This document shows, piece after piece, positions 36,110 to 46,000 of a DNA stretch of 64,000 nt (positions are counted from its first letter, which is position 1; every line of letters begins with the position of its first letter). Source of the stretch: Kiritimatiellia bacterium (lineage in GTDB: Bacteria > Verrucomicrobiota > Kiritimatiellia > RFP12 > UBA1067); assembly GCA_017406465.1 (NCBI GenBank), contig JAFQYM010000030.1, positions 31,684 to 95,683 of the forward strand, read 5' to 3'. The notes beneath the pieces are model-generated. The model was not told where the DNA came from. It saw nothing but the letters and a program-made list of their open reading frames with translations, and made no database searches. The position numbers and the translations under genes were made by a program.

Positions 36110-38230
36110 ATGCCGGAAAAGAAGAGACGCATAGTCGTTACGAGCGCGCTTCCATACGCCAACGGTGACATCCACCTCGGGCACCTTGTGGAATACATCC
36201 AGACCGACTTCTGGGTGCGATTCCAGAAGCTGCGCGGGAACGATTGCGTCTATGTCTGCGCGGACGACACGCATGGCACGCCCGTGATGATCCGCGCCCG
36301 CAAGGAGGGAATCTCGCCAGAAGACCTCATCGCGCGCACGCACGCGATACATCTCAAGGACTTCACCGACTTCCAGGTCTCTTTCGACAACTACTACTCG
36401 ACGAACTCGCCAGAGAACAGGGAGTTTTCCGAGCAGTTCTTCGCTGCGATGGAGAAGTCGGGCGGCATCACGCGCAAGACCTCGCCCCAGCTCTACTGCG
36501 AGCATTGCAAGATGTTCCTCCCCGACCGCTTCGTCAAGGGCGCGTGCCCTAAGTGCGGCGCAGAGGGGCAGTATGGCGACAGCTGCGACAAGTGCGGCTC
36601 TACCTATGGCGCCGAGGAGCTTGGGAATCCAAAGTGCACGACCTGCGGCGGAACGCCCGTCGTGAAGGAGTCTGAGCACCTCTACTTCGAGCTCGAGCCG
36701 CAGCACGACTTCCTCGAGAAGTGGATTCCGGGACATACGACGAGCGACGTCTCGAACAAGCTCCTCGAGTGGTTCAAGGAGCCGCTTCGCGGCTGGTGCA
36801 TCTCGCGCGACGCTCCGTACTTCGGCTTCGAGATCCCCGGCTACAAGGACAAGTTCTTCTATGTCTGGGTCGATGCGCCGATCGGCTATCTTGCCTCGCT
36901 TAGGAATTGGTGCGAGAAGAACGGCGAGAAGTTCGAGGACTGGTGGCAGAACTCGGACGCCGAGCGCTATCATTTCATCGGCAAGGACATCATTAGGTTC
37001 CACTGCCTCTTCTGGCCTGGGATGCTGAACGTTGCCGGCTTCCAGCAGCCGAACAAGATCTTCGTCCACGGCTTTCTCACCGTCAACGGCGAGAAGATGT
37101 CGAAGTCGAAGGGCACTTTCGTCAACGCGAGGACATACCTCGACCATCTCCCGCCCGAGGCGCTTAGGTACTACTACGCGGCAAAGCTCGGCGGCACGAC
37201 CGACGACATGGACTTGAATCTCGCGGATTTTGTCCAGCGCGTGAACTCCGATCTCGTCGGCAAGATCACTAACATCGCCTCTCGCTCTGCGCAGATGCTC
37301 CAGAAGAAGCTCGACGGCACGCTTGCGAGTCTCGCGGGGCACGACGAGGAGCTGGCGCTTTTGAAGAAGCTCCGCGACGGCGGAGAGACGATTGCACGCT
37401 ACTACGAGGATCGCCGCTTCAACCTGGCGGTCGTCGAAATCTGCCGCCTCGCTGACGCGGCGAACGAGTATTTTGACCGTAAGGAACCGTGGAAGACGGT
37501 CAAGACAGATGCAGAGGCGACTCGCGTCGTCCTCACGGCCGCGCTCAACGCGTTCCGCATCCTGGCGATTTACCTAAAGCCCATTCTTCCAGTCTATGCC
37601 GACAAGGCGATGAAGCTCTTTGGCGAGACGGAGTGGACATGGGATTCCCGCGACACGGCCATTGAAGGCATCGCGCTTGGGCCATACGAATATCTCGCGA
37701 GCCGCATCGACTCAAAACAGGTTGACGCGATGATTGCCGCGGCTACGGTGAAGCCCGCCGACTCTGGCGAAGTCGCCCACGAGTCGAGGGCGAGCAAGAA
37801 CAAGGGGAACGGGGAACGTATCCCCCGAGCGAAGCGAGCCGCGCAAGAGGTCGCTAGAGGGGTGGGAACGGGGAACAAGGAGGTCTCGCCGCTCAAGGCA
37901 GAGGTCGCGTTCCCGGACTTCGAGAAGCTCGACCTCCGGGTCGGCGTCGTCGAGAGCTGCGAGATAGTGCCGAAGAGCTCGAAGCTGCTCAAGTTTGTTC
38001 TCGATGCGGGCTCGCTCGGAAAGCGCACCATCTTCTCGGGAATCCGCGGAGCGTATCCCGACCCAGCTGCGCTCGTCGGGAAGGAAGTCGTCTTCGTCGC
38101 GAACCTCGCGCCGAGGAAGATGTCGGTCGGCGTCAGCGAAGGCATGATTCTCTTCGCAGGCGAACCGGGTGTCTGCGGAGGAGTTGTCTCGCCCGCATCA
38201 TGCGCGGGCGGCGGAACAAGCGTAACCTGA
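36110..38230 (+). CDS. metG: Methionine--tRNA ligase with C-terminal tRNA-binding domain
   Basis: ALPYANGDIHLGH, CADDTHG, Zn-knuckle CxxC pairs, KMSKSKG, F.DFEKLDLRVG, NLAPRKM. Confidence 0.97.
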   Translation: MPEKKRRIVVTSALPYANGDIHLGHLVEYIQTDFWVRFQKLRGNDCVYVCADDTHGTPVMIRARKEGISPEDLIARTHAIHLKDFTDFQVSFDNYYSTNSPENREFSEQFFAAMEKSGGITRKTSPQLYCEHCKMFLPDRFVKGACPKCGAEGQYGDSCDKCGSTYGAEELGNPKCTTCGGTPVVKESEHLYFELEPQHDFLEKWIPGHTTSDVSNKLLEWFKEPLRGWCISRDAPYFGFEIPGYKDKFFYVWVDAPIGYLASLRNWCEKNGEKFEDWWQNSDAERYHFIGKDIIRFHCLFWPGMLNVAGFQQPNKIFVHGFLTVNGEKMSKSKGTFVNARTYLDHLPPEALRYYYAAKLGGTTDDMDLNLADFVQRVNSDLVGKITNIASRSAQMLQKKLDGTLASLAGHDEELALLKKLRDGGETIARYYEDRRFNLAVVEICRLADAANEYFDRKEPWKTVKTDAEATRVVLTAALNAFRILAIYLKPILPVYADKAMKLFGETEWTWDSRDTAIEGIALGPYEYLASRIDSKQVDAMIAAATVKPADSGEVAHESRASKNKGNGERIPRAKRAAQEVARGVGTGNKEVSPLKAEVAFPDFEKLDLRVGVVESCEIVPKSSKLLKFVLDAGSLGKRTIFSGIRGAYPDPAALVGKEVVFVANLAPRKMSVGVSEGMILFAGEPGVCGGVVSPASCAGGGTSVT
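37804..37876 (+). repeat. REP-like element inserted in the metG interdomain linker
   Basis: GGGGAAC x2, then CGTATCCCCCGAGCGAAGCGAG (37817-37838, identical to tlyA 34824-34845), then CTAGAGGGGTGGGAACGGGGAAC. Confidence 0.75.
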
Positions 38231-38233
38231 ACG

Positions 38234-39328
38234 ATGATTGACTTCACCGACAGCCAGAAGAAGACGATAGCGGCGGGAATTACGGTCCTGTCTTTGTCGC
38301 TTGTGTTCGCCTTTACTGCCTTTGTGCTGTGGGTTGTCTTCAAGGTGCTTTCGTTCGCGTCGTCCGCGATAATCCCCGTAGTGCTGGGCTTTTTCCTGTC
38401 GCTCTTTTTCAAACCCTACTACGAATGGTGGCAGAAGCAGGTAAGGAACCCGACGCTTGCGCTTGCCGCGATGCTGCTGACGATATTCGTTCCGCTTGGG
38501 TTCTTCCTCTGGTATGCTGGCGCTGTCACGATCGACCAGATATCGAATCTTATACGGCAGGGACCGACGATGGCCAACCATGTCGTCGAGTGGTTCAAGG
38601 CGACGTTCCCGAAGTCGGTGTCGCTTCTCGACCAGCTCGGCGTGCGCTATGAGAACTTAGGAGATTTCTACACGAACTACGGCGGCGCTGCGCTTAAGGC
38701 GGGTTCTGGCGTGCTCAAGTTCGTCGGAGGCATTCTTTCCGCGCTTGTGACGCTGATCTTTTTCGTCTTCTTCCTGACGTCCAAACCGCGGCGCGGCAGC
38801 GACATCGTCTCGCAGCTCACGTTCCTAAAGCCCGAGACGCGCGACTTCGCCGCCGAGCAGATCGACGCGTTCGTCGAGATTCTCGTCAGCTTCTTCCAGC
38901 GCCAGACGGTCATCTGCCTCATTGAGGGCGTGTACTACGGACTCGGCTTTGCGCTCGTCGGTCTTCCCTACGGCTTTCTCATTGGCTTCATGCTCGGCGT
39001 CCTCAATCTCGTTCCGCTCTTCGGCACTGTCGTGTGTCTTCCCGTTGCGATGCCGCTCGCCTATTTTGGCGTCGGCGGGTCGATGACGCGGCTCATCCTC
39101 GTCCTCGTCGTGTGGGCGATCGGCCAGGTCCTCGACGGCTATCTCATCACGCCGAAGATCCAGGGCAACAAGACCGGGCTCGGCTACGCGGGCGTCATCT
39201 TCTCGTTTTTCTTCTGGGGGATCGTCCTCGGTCCTGTCCTCGGGCTTCTCCTTGCGATTCCGCTTTCGGCGTTCTGCGTCGTGCTGTGGCGCGCGTTAAA
39301 GTCTAAGTACATCCGTCCCGTCGTCTGA
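38234..39328 (+). CDS. AI-2E (PerM) family transporter
   Basis: About 8 hydrophobic segments; LNLVPLFG, QVLDGYLITPKIQG, G..GLLLAIP. Confidence 0.88.
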   Translation: MIDFTDSQKKTIAAGITVLSLSLVFAFTAFVLWVVFKVLSFASSAIIPVVLGFFLSLFFKPYYEWWQKQVRNPTLALAAMLLTIFVPLGFFLWYAGAVTIDQISNLIRQGPTMANHVVEWFKATFPKSVSLLDQLGVRYENLGDFYTNYGGAALKAGSGVLKFVGGILSALVTLIFFVFFLTSKPRRGSDIVSQLTFLKPETRDFAAEQIDAFVEILVSFFQRQTVICLIEGVYYGLGFALVGLPYGFLIGFMLGVLNLVPLFGTVVCLPVAMPLAYFGVGGSMTRLILVLVVWAIGQVLDGYLITPKIQGNKTGLGYAGVIFSFFFWGIVLGPVLGLLLAIPLSAFCVVLWRALKSKYIRPVV

Positions 39329-39343
39329 CGGTTCCCGGCCGCC

Positions 39344-40744
39344 ATGAAGAAGAATCGCGCCAGCTGGTCCGGATCGGTTGCATTCGTGCTCGCGGCGGCG
39401 GCGTCTGCCATAGGGCTTGGCAACCTTTGGCGCTTTCCCTATCTCGCGGCTCGCTATGGCGGCGGCGTGTTCATCGCGGTCTACCTTGCGCTTTCGCTCA
39501 CGCTCGGCTTTGTCCTGCTCGTCACCGAGATCGCGATCGGGCGCTACGCTCGGCAGAGCCAGCTTACGGCGTTTGGCGTCCTCGGACATCCGAAGTGGAA
39601 TTTCCTCGGCGTCCTCGCGACTCTCGTGCCGCTCTTCATCCTGCCGTATTACAACGTCATCGGCGGGTGGGTAGTCCGCTACTTCGCGGCGTATGCGGGA
39701 ACGGCCTTCGCGGGAATTGCGCCGGCCGCAGACCCAAAGGCGTTCTTCGACGTGTTCGTCGCCGCGCCGTGGATGCCGTTCGTGACGATGTGCGTCTTTA
39801 CGGCGGCAGCCCTTGTCGTGATCGTCTTTGGCGTCAAGAACGGCATCGAAAAGGCGAACCTCGTCCTCGTGCCGGCACTTCTTGCGATGGCCATCGCGCT
39901 TTCCGTGTATGTTGCGACGCGCCCGGGCGCAGGCGCGGGAATCAGGTACTATCTCGTTCCCGACTTCTCGTCATGCGACAACGTCGGCAAGGTCGTGCTC
40001 GGCGCGATGGGGCAGATGTTCTACTCGCTTTCGCTTGCGATGGGGATCATGATCACCTACGGCAGCTACATGCGGCGGCGCGACTCCGTGCCAAAGGCGG
40101 CGGTGAGGATCGTCGCTGCGGATACCTTTGTCGCAATCCTTTCCGGCTTCATGATAATCCCAGTCGTTGTCGCGTTCGCCTCGGCTGGTGCGGCTGAAGG
40201 AGGCCGCGTAGTGATCGACGCAGGCCCCGGGCTCATGTTCGAGACGCTTCCGAAGGTCTTTCTCTCGCTTGGCGCGGCAGGGCCGTGGATTGGGCTCGTC
40301 TTCTTCACGCTTGTCCTCTTCGCGGCGCTTACGAGCGCCATCTCGATGACGGAGGCGCTCGTCGCCGCGGTCTGCGACTTCTTCAAGACGAGCCGAGGCA
40401 AATCCGTCGCGGTGATCGGCGCGTGGTCCATCGCGGTTGGCGCGCTCTCTGCGTTCGGGTACGGACGGTGGAGCTCGCTCAAGTTCTTCTCTCTTCCGCC
40501 GCTCGACTTCTTCGACACGTCGATGAACATCTTGACGCCCATAGTCGCCGCGCTTATTTGCGTGTTCGTCGGCTGGATCTTAAGCCCCAAGCGCATTCTC
40601 GCCGAGTGCCAGCGCAGCGGCGAGCGCGTCGGCTTCCGGCTTTTCTACGTCGTCATGGTGCGCTTTGTCGCGCCGATCCTGATTGTGGCGATCCTCGTCT
40701 CCGAGGTCTGCCGGTGTCTCAAGATCGGCGGCTGGAGCATCTGA
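39344..40744 (+). CDS. Sodium-dependent transporter (NSS/SNF family)
   Basis: AAASAIGLGNLWRFPY, GIEKAN, AMGQMFYSLSL..G.MITYGSY, GPGLMF, AALTSAISM.E. Confidence 0.93.
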   Translation: MKKNRASWSGSVAFVLAAAASAIGLGNLWRFPYLAARYGGGVFIAVYLALSLTLGFVLLVTEIAIGRYARQSQLTAFGVLGHPKWNFLGVLATLVPLFILPYYNVIGGWVVRYFAAYAGTAFAGIAPAADPKAFFDVFVAAPWMPFVTMCVFTAAALVVIVFGVKNGIEKANLVLVPALLAMAIALSVYVATRPGAGAGIRYYLVPDFSSCDNVGKVVLGAMGQMFYSLSLAMGIMITYGSYMRRRDSVPKAAVRIVAADTFVAILSGFMIIPVVVAFASAGAAEGGRVVIDAGPGLMFETLPKVFLSLGAAGPWIGLVFFTLVLFAALTSAISMTEALVAAVCDFFKTSRGKSVAVIGAWSIAVGALSAFGYGRWSSLKFFSLPPLDFFDTSMNILTPIVAALICVFVGWILSPKRILAECQRSGERVGFRLFYVVMVRFVAPILIVAILVSEVCRCLKIGGWSI

Positions 40745-42820
40745 CTACACGACAATCGCGCCGTTTTTCGCCGTGACCTTGATCTCGGCTCCCGGGAGAT
40801 ACTTCCCCGCGATGATGTTCTTCGCAATCGGGTTCTCGAGCTCGCGCTGGATCGCGCGCTTCACAGGGCGCGCGCCGAACGCTGGGTCGTAGCCGTCCTT
40901 CGCGAGCTGTGCAAGCGCCTTGTCATCGACAACGAGCTTGAAGTCCTGCTCCGCGAGACGCTTTGCGAAGTCCTTCAGCTGGAGCTTCACGATTTCGGCT
41001 ATTTGCGTTTCGTTCAGCGAGTCGAACTCGAGGATCTCGTCGAGGCGGTTCAGGAACTCCGGGCGGAAGATGTCCTTGAGCGCGTCCTTCGGCGCGTTCG
41101 AAGTCATGATTATCACCGTGTTCTTGAACGACACCGTGCGGCCGTGGCTGTCGGTGAGCCGTCCGTCGTCGAGCACCTGAAGAAGCACGTTGAAGACGTC
41201 GGGGTGCGCCTTCTCGATCTCGTCGAGAAGGACGACCGAGAACTGCTTTCTGCGCACGGCTTCGGTGAGCTGACCGCCTTCGTCGAAACCGACGTATCCG
41301 GGCGGCGCGCCGACGAGGCGAGAGACGGCGAACTTCTCCATGTACTCCGACATGTCGAGCCGGACCATCGCGTTCTCGTCGTCGAAGAGTTCCTGGGCGA
41401 GCGCCTTTGCGAGTTCCGTCTTGCCGACGCCAGTGGGCCCGAGAAAGAGGAACGCGCCGACTGGCCGGTTGCGGTTCTTGATGCCGGCGCGAGACCTGAG
41501 TACAGCGTCTGCAACAGCGTCGACCGCCTTGTCCTGGCCGATCACGCGTTCGTGCAAGATCGCGCCGAGACGCATAAGCTTCTCGCGCTCGCCCTCCACG
41601 AGTTTCGTTACCGGAATGCCGCTCCAACGCGAGACGACCTCGGCGATTTCGTCGGCCGTCACCTCCTCACGAAGAAGCGTCGCGCCTGACTTGGACTTTA
41701 GTGCGTCCTCGTGTTCCTTGAGGCGCTTTTCGAGCGCGGGGATGTCGCCGTACTTCAGTCGCGCGGCCTCGTTGTAGTTGCCCTCCGTCTCGGCACGCTC
41801 GGCTCGCGACTTGAGTTCCTGCAACTGGGTGCGCACCTTGCGGACTTCCTCAAGGTCGGCCTTTTCGCGCTTCCACTGCGCCGTCATTGCGTTGGATTTC
41901 TCCTTGAGCCCCTTGAGCTCAGACTGCAGTTCCTCTAGCCGCTTCTTGGAGTTCTCGTCCTTTTCCTTCTTTAGCGCGATTTCCTCGATCTCGAGACGGC
42001 GAACGTGGCGTGAAATCTCGTCGAGCTCTTGAGGGCACGAGTCCATCTCGGTTCGGATTCTTGCGCACGCCTCGTCGAGAAGGTCAATCGCCTTGTCGGG
42101 GAGGAATCGGTCTTGGATATAGCGTGAAGAGAGAACGACCGCGCTTACGAGCGCTTCGTCTCGTATGTGGACGTTGTGGTACTTCTCGAAGCGCTCCTTG
42201 ATTCCGCGCAGGATAGAGATTGCGTCTTCCTCGCTGGGCGCGGCGACCTGCACCGGCTGGAAGCGGCGCTCGAGCGCCTTGTCGGACTCCATGTACTTGC
42301 GGTACTCGTCGAGCGTGGTCGCGCCGACGCAGTGAAGTTCGCCGCGGGCGAGAAGGGGCTTCAGCATATTGCCTGCGTCGGACGATCCTTCGGTCTTGCC
42401 TGCGCCGACGATGGTGTGGATTTCGTCGATGAAGAGGATGATCTTTCCTTCAGATTCCTTTATCTTCTTTAATACGGCCTTTAATCGTTCCTCGAATTGG
42501 CCGCGGTACATTGCGCCTGCCATGAGGGCCGTCATGTCGAGGGCGAAGACCGTGCGGTCCTTGAGTCCTTCCGGCACGTCGCCTCGGACGATGCGCTGCG
42601 CGAGTCCCTCGACGATGGCTGTCTTGCCAACGCCCGGTTCGCCGATGAGCACGGGGTTGTTCTTCGTCTTGCGCGAGAGTATGCGGATGACGTCGCGAAT
42701 CTCGGTATCGCGACCGATGACTGGATCGAGCTTGCCAGTCCGTGCGAGCGCGGTCAAGTCGGAGCCGTACTTCTCAAGGCACTTCTCGTTGTCTTCTGCT
42801 GGTTCAAAATTTGCGTTCAT
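40745..42820 (-). CDS. clpB: ClpB disaggregase lacking the N-terminal domain
   Basis: KLDPVIGRD, Walker A GEPGVGKT and [18 protein letters not shown], coiled-coil M domain, [16 protein letters not shown] and a -10 lie directly upstream. Confidence 0.9.
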   Translation of the reverse strand: MNANFEPAEDNEKCLEKYGSDLTALARTGKLDPVIGRDTEIRDVIRILSRKTKNNPVLIGEPGVGKTAIVEGLAQRIVRGDVPEGLKDRTVFALDMTALMAGAMYRGQFEERLKAVLKKIKESEGKIILFIDEIHTIVGAGKTEGSSDAGNMLKPLLARGELHCVGATTLDEYRKYMESDKALERRFQPVQVAAPSEEDAISILRGIKERFEKYHNVHIRDEALVSAVVLSSRYIQDRFLPDKAIDLLDEACARIRTEMDSCPQELDEISRHVRRLEIEEIALKKEKDENSKKRLEELQSELKGLKEKSNAMTAQWKREKADLEEVRKVRTQLQELKSRAERAETEGNYNEAARLKYGDIPALEKRLKEHEDALKSKSGATLLREEVTADEIAEVVSRWSGIPVTKLVEGEREKLMRLGAILHERVIGQDKAVDAVADAVLRSRAGIKNRNRPVGAFLFLGPTGVGKTELAKALAQELFDDENAMVRLDMSEYMEKFAVSRLVGAPPGYVGFDEGGQLTEAVRRKQFSVVLLDEIEKAHPDVFNVLLQVLDDGRLTDSHGRTVSFKNTVIIMTSNAPKDALKDIFRPEFLNRLDEILEFDSLNETQIAEIVKLQLKDFAKRLAEQDFKLVVDDKALAQLAKDGYDPAFGARPVKRAIQRELENPIAKNIIAGKYLPGAEIKVTAKNGAIVV

Positions 42821-42844
42821 AGTTTTGTCTCCTTATTTCCTTAT

Positions 42845-42850
42845 ATTATA
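42845..42850 (-). promoter_or_regulatory. -10 element for clpB
   Basis: TATAAT on the minus strand, 24 nt before the ATG. Confidence 0.55.
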
Positions 42851-42899
42851 GAGCAATCGGAGTGCCATATAGGAAAACTGGGTTTATGTGGTAAAAATG

Positions 42900-42933
42900 G
42901 CGACATATTGTCTCTTGTGTGTCAATATGTCGC
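42900..42933. promoter_or_regulatory. Perfect 11-bp inverted repeat, candidate operator
   Basis: GCGACATATTG-N12-CAATATGTCGC. Confidence 0.45.
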
Positions 42934-42949
42934 AATTTTAAGGTTTTTC

Positions 42950-43049
42950 AAAAAAGTTTGTCATCGGCTGTCACTGGGTGCATACATTCACTTGGTTAAA
43001 CTTGTTGCTCGAACCGAAGCGTCATCTTCAACGCTTCGGTTTCGTGTTT
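42950..43049 (+). repeat. 100-bp direct repeat, copy 1
   Basis: Aligns without gaps to 47771-47870 with 4 mismatches (42974, 42975, 42979, 43031). Confidence 0.95.
42957..42984 (+). promoter_or_regulatory. Candidate ECF/alternative-sigma promoter, copy 1
   Basis: A-tract, TTTGTCATCG, N11, GTGCATA. Confidence 0.5.
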
Positions 43050-43050
43050 T
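42990..43050 (+). ncRNA. Candidate ~60-nt sRNA, copy 1
   Basis: Follows the promoter-like motif. Unstructured 5' part, then hairpin AACCGAAGCG-N10-CGCTTCGGTT and a T-rich tail. Confidence 0.4.
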
Positions 43051-43055
43051 TATGA

Positions 43056-43082
43056 AAAAGAGGTATTTGTAAAACCTCTTTT
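43056..43082 (-). terminator. Intrinsic (bidirectional-type) terminator of the C10 peptidase gene
   Basis: AAAAGAGGT-N9-ACCTCTTTT, 12 nt downstream of the minus-strand stop. Confidence 0.75.
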
Positions 43083-43094
43083 ATGCTGCGAGGG

Positions 43095-46000
43095 CTAAAG
43101 GTCTACAGGGAAAGCTTCGCATTCGGTGACGGAATTCTGTTCGTCCACCTTTATCCCAACAGAAAACATCCTATGCAAACCGTCAGATCCAACCTTTGGC
43201 GGAGCGAATGTCATTACCTGATATCCCTTGCCAGTCTTTACGAGTTGCGAAGTTCCGCTGACTTTCGTTGCGCCGTTGGCGAAGGAAACGACGCCATCTT
43301 TCTTAAAGGTCAGGACAAGACCGTCTTCCTGTTCCACTTTGAAATCCCTCTTGAATACCGGCATCGATGTCTTGGTATCCGCACGCTTCCAGAGATTCTG
43401 CCACGCAGACCACTCGTCGCACGACACTTCGCCTATCGCCGGAAGGTCGGTGTCGACAATGCTCGATGCGACCGTGATCACATTGGTTATCATGGCTTTG
43501 CCGTTTTTGCCGATGACGGTCGCGAGGAAAATGCCGTCCTCGGTGCTGTCATAGGAGCTCGCCGTGAGCGCCCATGTAAGGTTGTCGACAAGCATCTTGC
43601 CGCTTATCTTGCCTGCCGGCGACACCGTCAGCGCCTGGATGGCGCCGACTGCGTTGGCATCCGCGTCCCATGCCGTGCCGTAAAAGTTTCCAACCGCCCA
43701 TGCGGGAAGGGAATTGACTTGGAAGTCAAACGAGAATGTCTCTGATGACTTGCCTGCCGTCGTCACCGTGAATACTACCTTTGACGGCGTTACGGCGCCG
43801 GTCTTGGCATCGACCTTGGATGCCGTCGTCGGAACGCCCGTAACCGAATATTCCCCAGTCGTCTTGTTCTGGACGAGTTTTAGCCCGGCTGGAAGCCCCG
43901 CGACCTTCACCGTTGTCTTTGAAAGCCCGTCCGGCACAATCGGCCAGTCAAGGGCGACGCCGCAATAGCGGTTGACGGGCGCGTTTGCCGTGCCGCTCGC
44001 CGCGCCGTTCAGATTTGAGCTGTCCACTTCGAGGCCAATCGCGTCTTTGTCTTCCTGCGCAGTAACGAACTGTGCCGTGATGAATATGTCGTTCATGCCG
44101 TCCATTCTCAGCTTGATTGTCGCGGCGAAGGGATCCGGTATTTTGGCGTCTCCGCCGGTGATGACCCAGCGGCTGAAGACAAAGCCCTTGTCCGCCTTTG
44201 CCGTCAGCGAAACGTCCTTGCCTGCCGCGACCTGCCCGTACTTTGGGGTCATAGAAATCTTGCCTGTGGCGCCAGAGTCCTGCGTCAGCGATTCGATGGT
44301 GGCGACAATGCCGGGATCGCGGTAGACGTTGTCGCCGTAGTTCTCTCCATGGTGTGCGACGAGATTGACGTCCTTGAACACGGCAGGATATCCTTTTTTC
44401 GCGTCAGGGGGAATCGCAACTACTACGTGCAGTCCTGTTGGCTCTGCGAGCGCATTTGCCGAGAACGACGCTTTGCGCGACTTCGCGCCGTCGGGGATGT
44501 CGGCCGAACCTTTTACGGCGCCTTTCTCGTCAAGAGCAAAGGCAATCTCGCAGGAGGCATTGCCGTAGCCTGCGGAGAAGGAATAGGCGCCCGCGTATGT
44601 GGCGACAAGACCTGCGGCAAATGCATCGGATTTGTCCGACCAGATGATGCGGTAGAGCGTCGTGTCGTCGCTGCCGAACGAACCGGCGGCCGCGCCAGTT
44701 GCGGAGTCGACGGACAGGTATTCCGCCTTGAAGTCCGTGAGCGCCAGCGCCAGATCGCGAGTTATTTTGCCGGCGGTCGCCGACAGCCCGATCAGCAGGT
44801 TCGTTGTCCCCGTCGTTTCGCTTTCAATGGTGAAGGAATCGGCTTTGAACGTCCAGTTCGTGCCGTCCAGTGCGATTTTGCCCGATATCTTGCCTGCCGC
44901 CGTGATGCTCATCGTTGCCACGCCGCGCGAGGCGACGGATCCCTCGAAGTTTCCGACGGCCCATGAGGGAAGGGGGTCGACCGTTATCCTGACAACATAG
45001 GTCTTAGTCGACTTGCCTGCCGTCGTCACCGTGATCTTGACCTCCGACGGAGTGATGTGTCCCGTCTTTGCGTCGACCTTAGACGCAGCGGACGGAGCGC
45101 CGTAGATCGTATTTGCTGGGACAAGCACTTCCTTGGTCTTTGAATCGACAACGTCCTTTGCCGCAAACTTGAGCCCCGAGGGAAGCCCCGCCACTTTCAC
45201 CGTTGTCGCCGAGAGCGCCGTCGCGGCGACTGGCCACTGGAGCGAGATGCCGCACATTACATTTGTCAAGAGCGTGTCGGAGGGGTTTTCGAAGGAATGG
45301 CCGTCCATTTCAAGCGCAATCGCCTTTGCGTCATCGGCGAGCGTCGCAAAACGCGCTTCGAGCGCCAGGTCTTCTGCCGGCATCTCGAGTGAAAGCGCCG
45401 CATTTCGGGATTCATCCACCAGTTCCCCGTCCAGATAATAGCCGCAGAACGCGAAACCGGCGTTAGCCGTTGCCTTCAGCGCGACTTTCTTGCCGTATGG
45501 ATAGGAACCGGCGCCCGTGACCTTGCCCATTTGCGGAGCAGAAGCTCCGTCGCAGTCGACGACGTCGGCTGACAATTTCGGGAACAGCACGTTGAATCCG
45601 GCGGTAACGACCTTCTTTTTGCCGTCCTTTCTCGCGGTGAATGTTACGGTCGTGCGCCCCTCTTTCGCGGCAATGCCGCTCAGTCGCCTATTTGGGGCGT
45701 CGTATGCAATTCCCTGCGGCAACCCCGAAACGGTCAACGTCCAGCCATTCTCCGCGACGGTCGCAATAATGTCCGACAGGTCGGGCGCGAGCCCCGCCCA
45801 GAGTGTGTAGGGGCTGCCGAGTCCGAATCCAATAAAGGCATCGCGTTCAAACGTGGCTTCTGATATGATTGAGCAGTTAAGATCCTCCTTGAAGGCACGG
45901 GCCTTCACCGTTACGCTCGAAGAGATCTCGAACGGTCCGCAATACTCTTCGCTTTCTTCCGTCGGATCCGTTCCGTCCGTCGTATACTTTATGACGGCAC

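Noticed and set aside
42860-42868. CIRCE-like half-site (TGGCACTC on the minus strand) upstream of clpB
   Set aside because: The partner arm at 9-nt spacing is tatattata, so it is not a CIRCE; only a half-site.
42994-43001. GTTAAAC in the repeat matches the integron core GTTRRRY
   Set aside because: No matching RYYYAAC...GTTRRRY attC architecture around the hairpin, and no integrase in the window.
43052-43072. Mini-ORF MKKRYL after repeat copy 1
   Set aside because: Absent from copy 2, lies within the terminator, and has no SD; likely chance.
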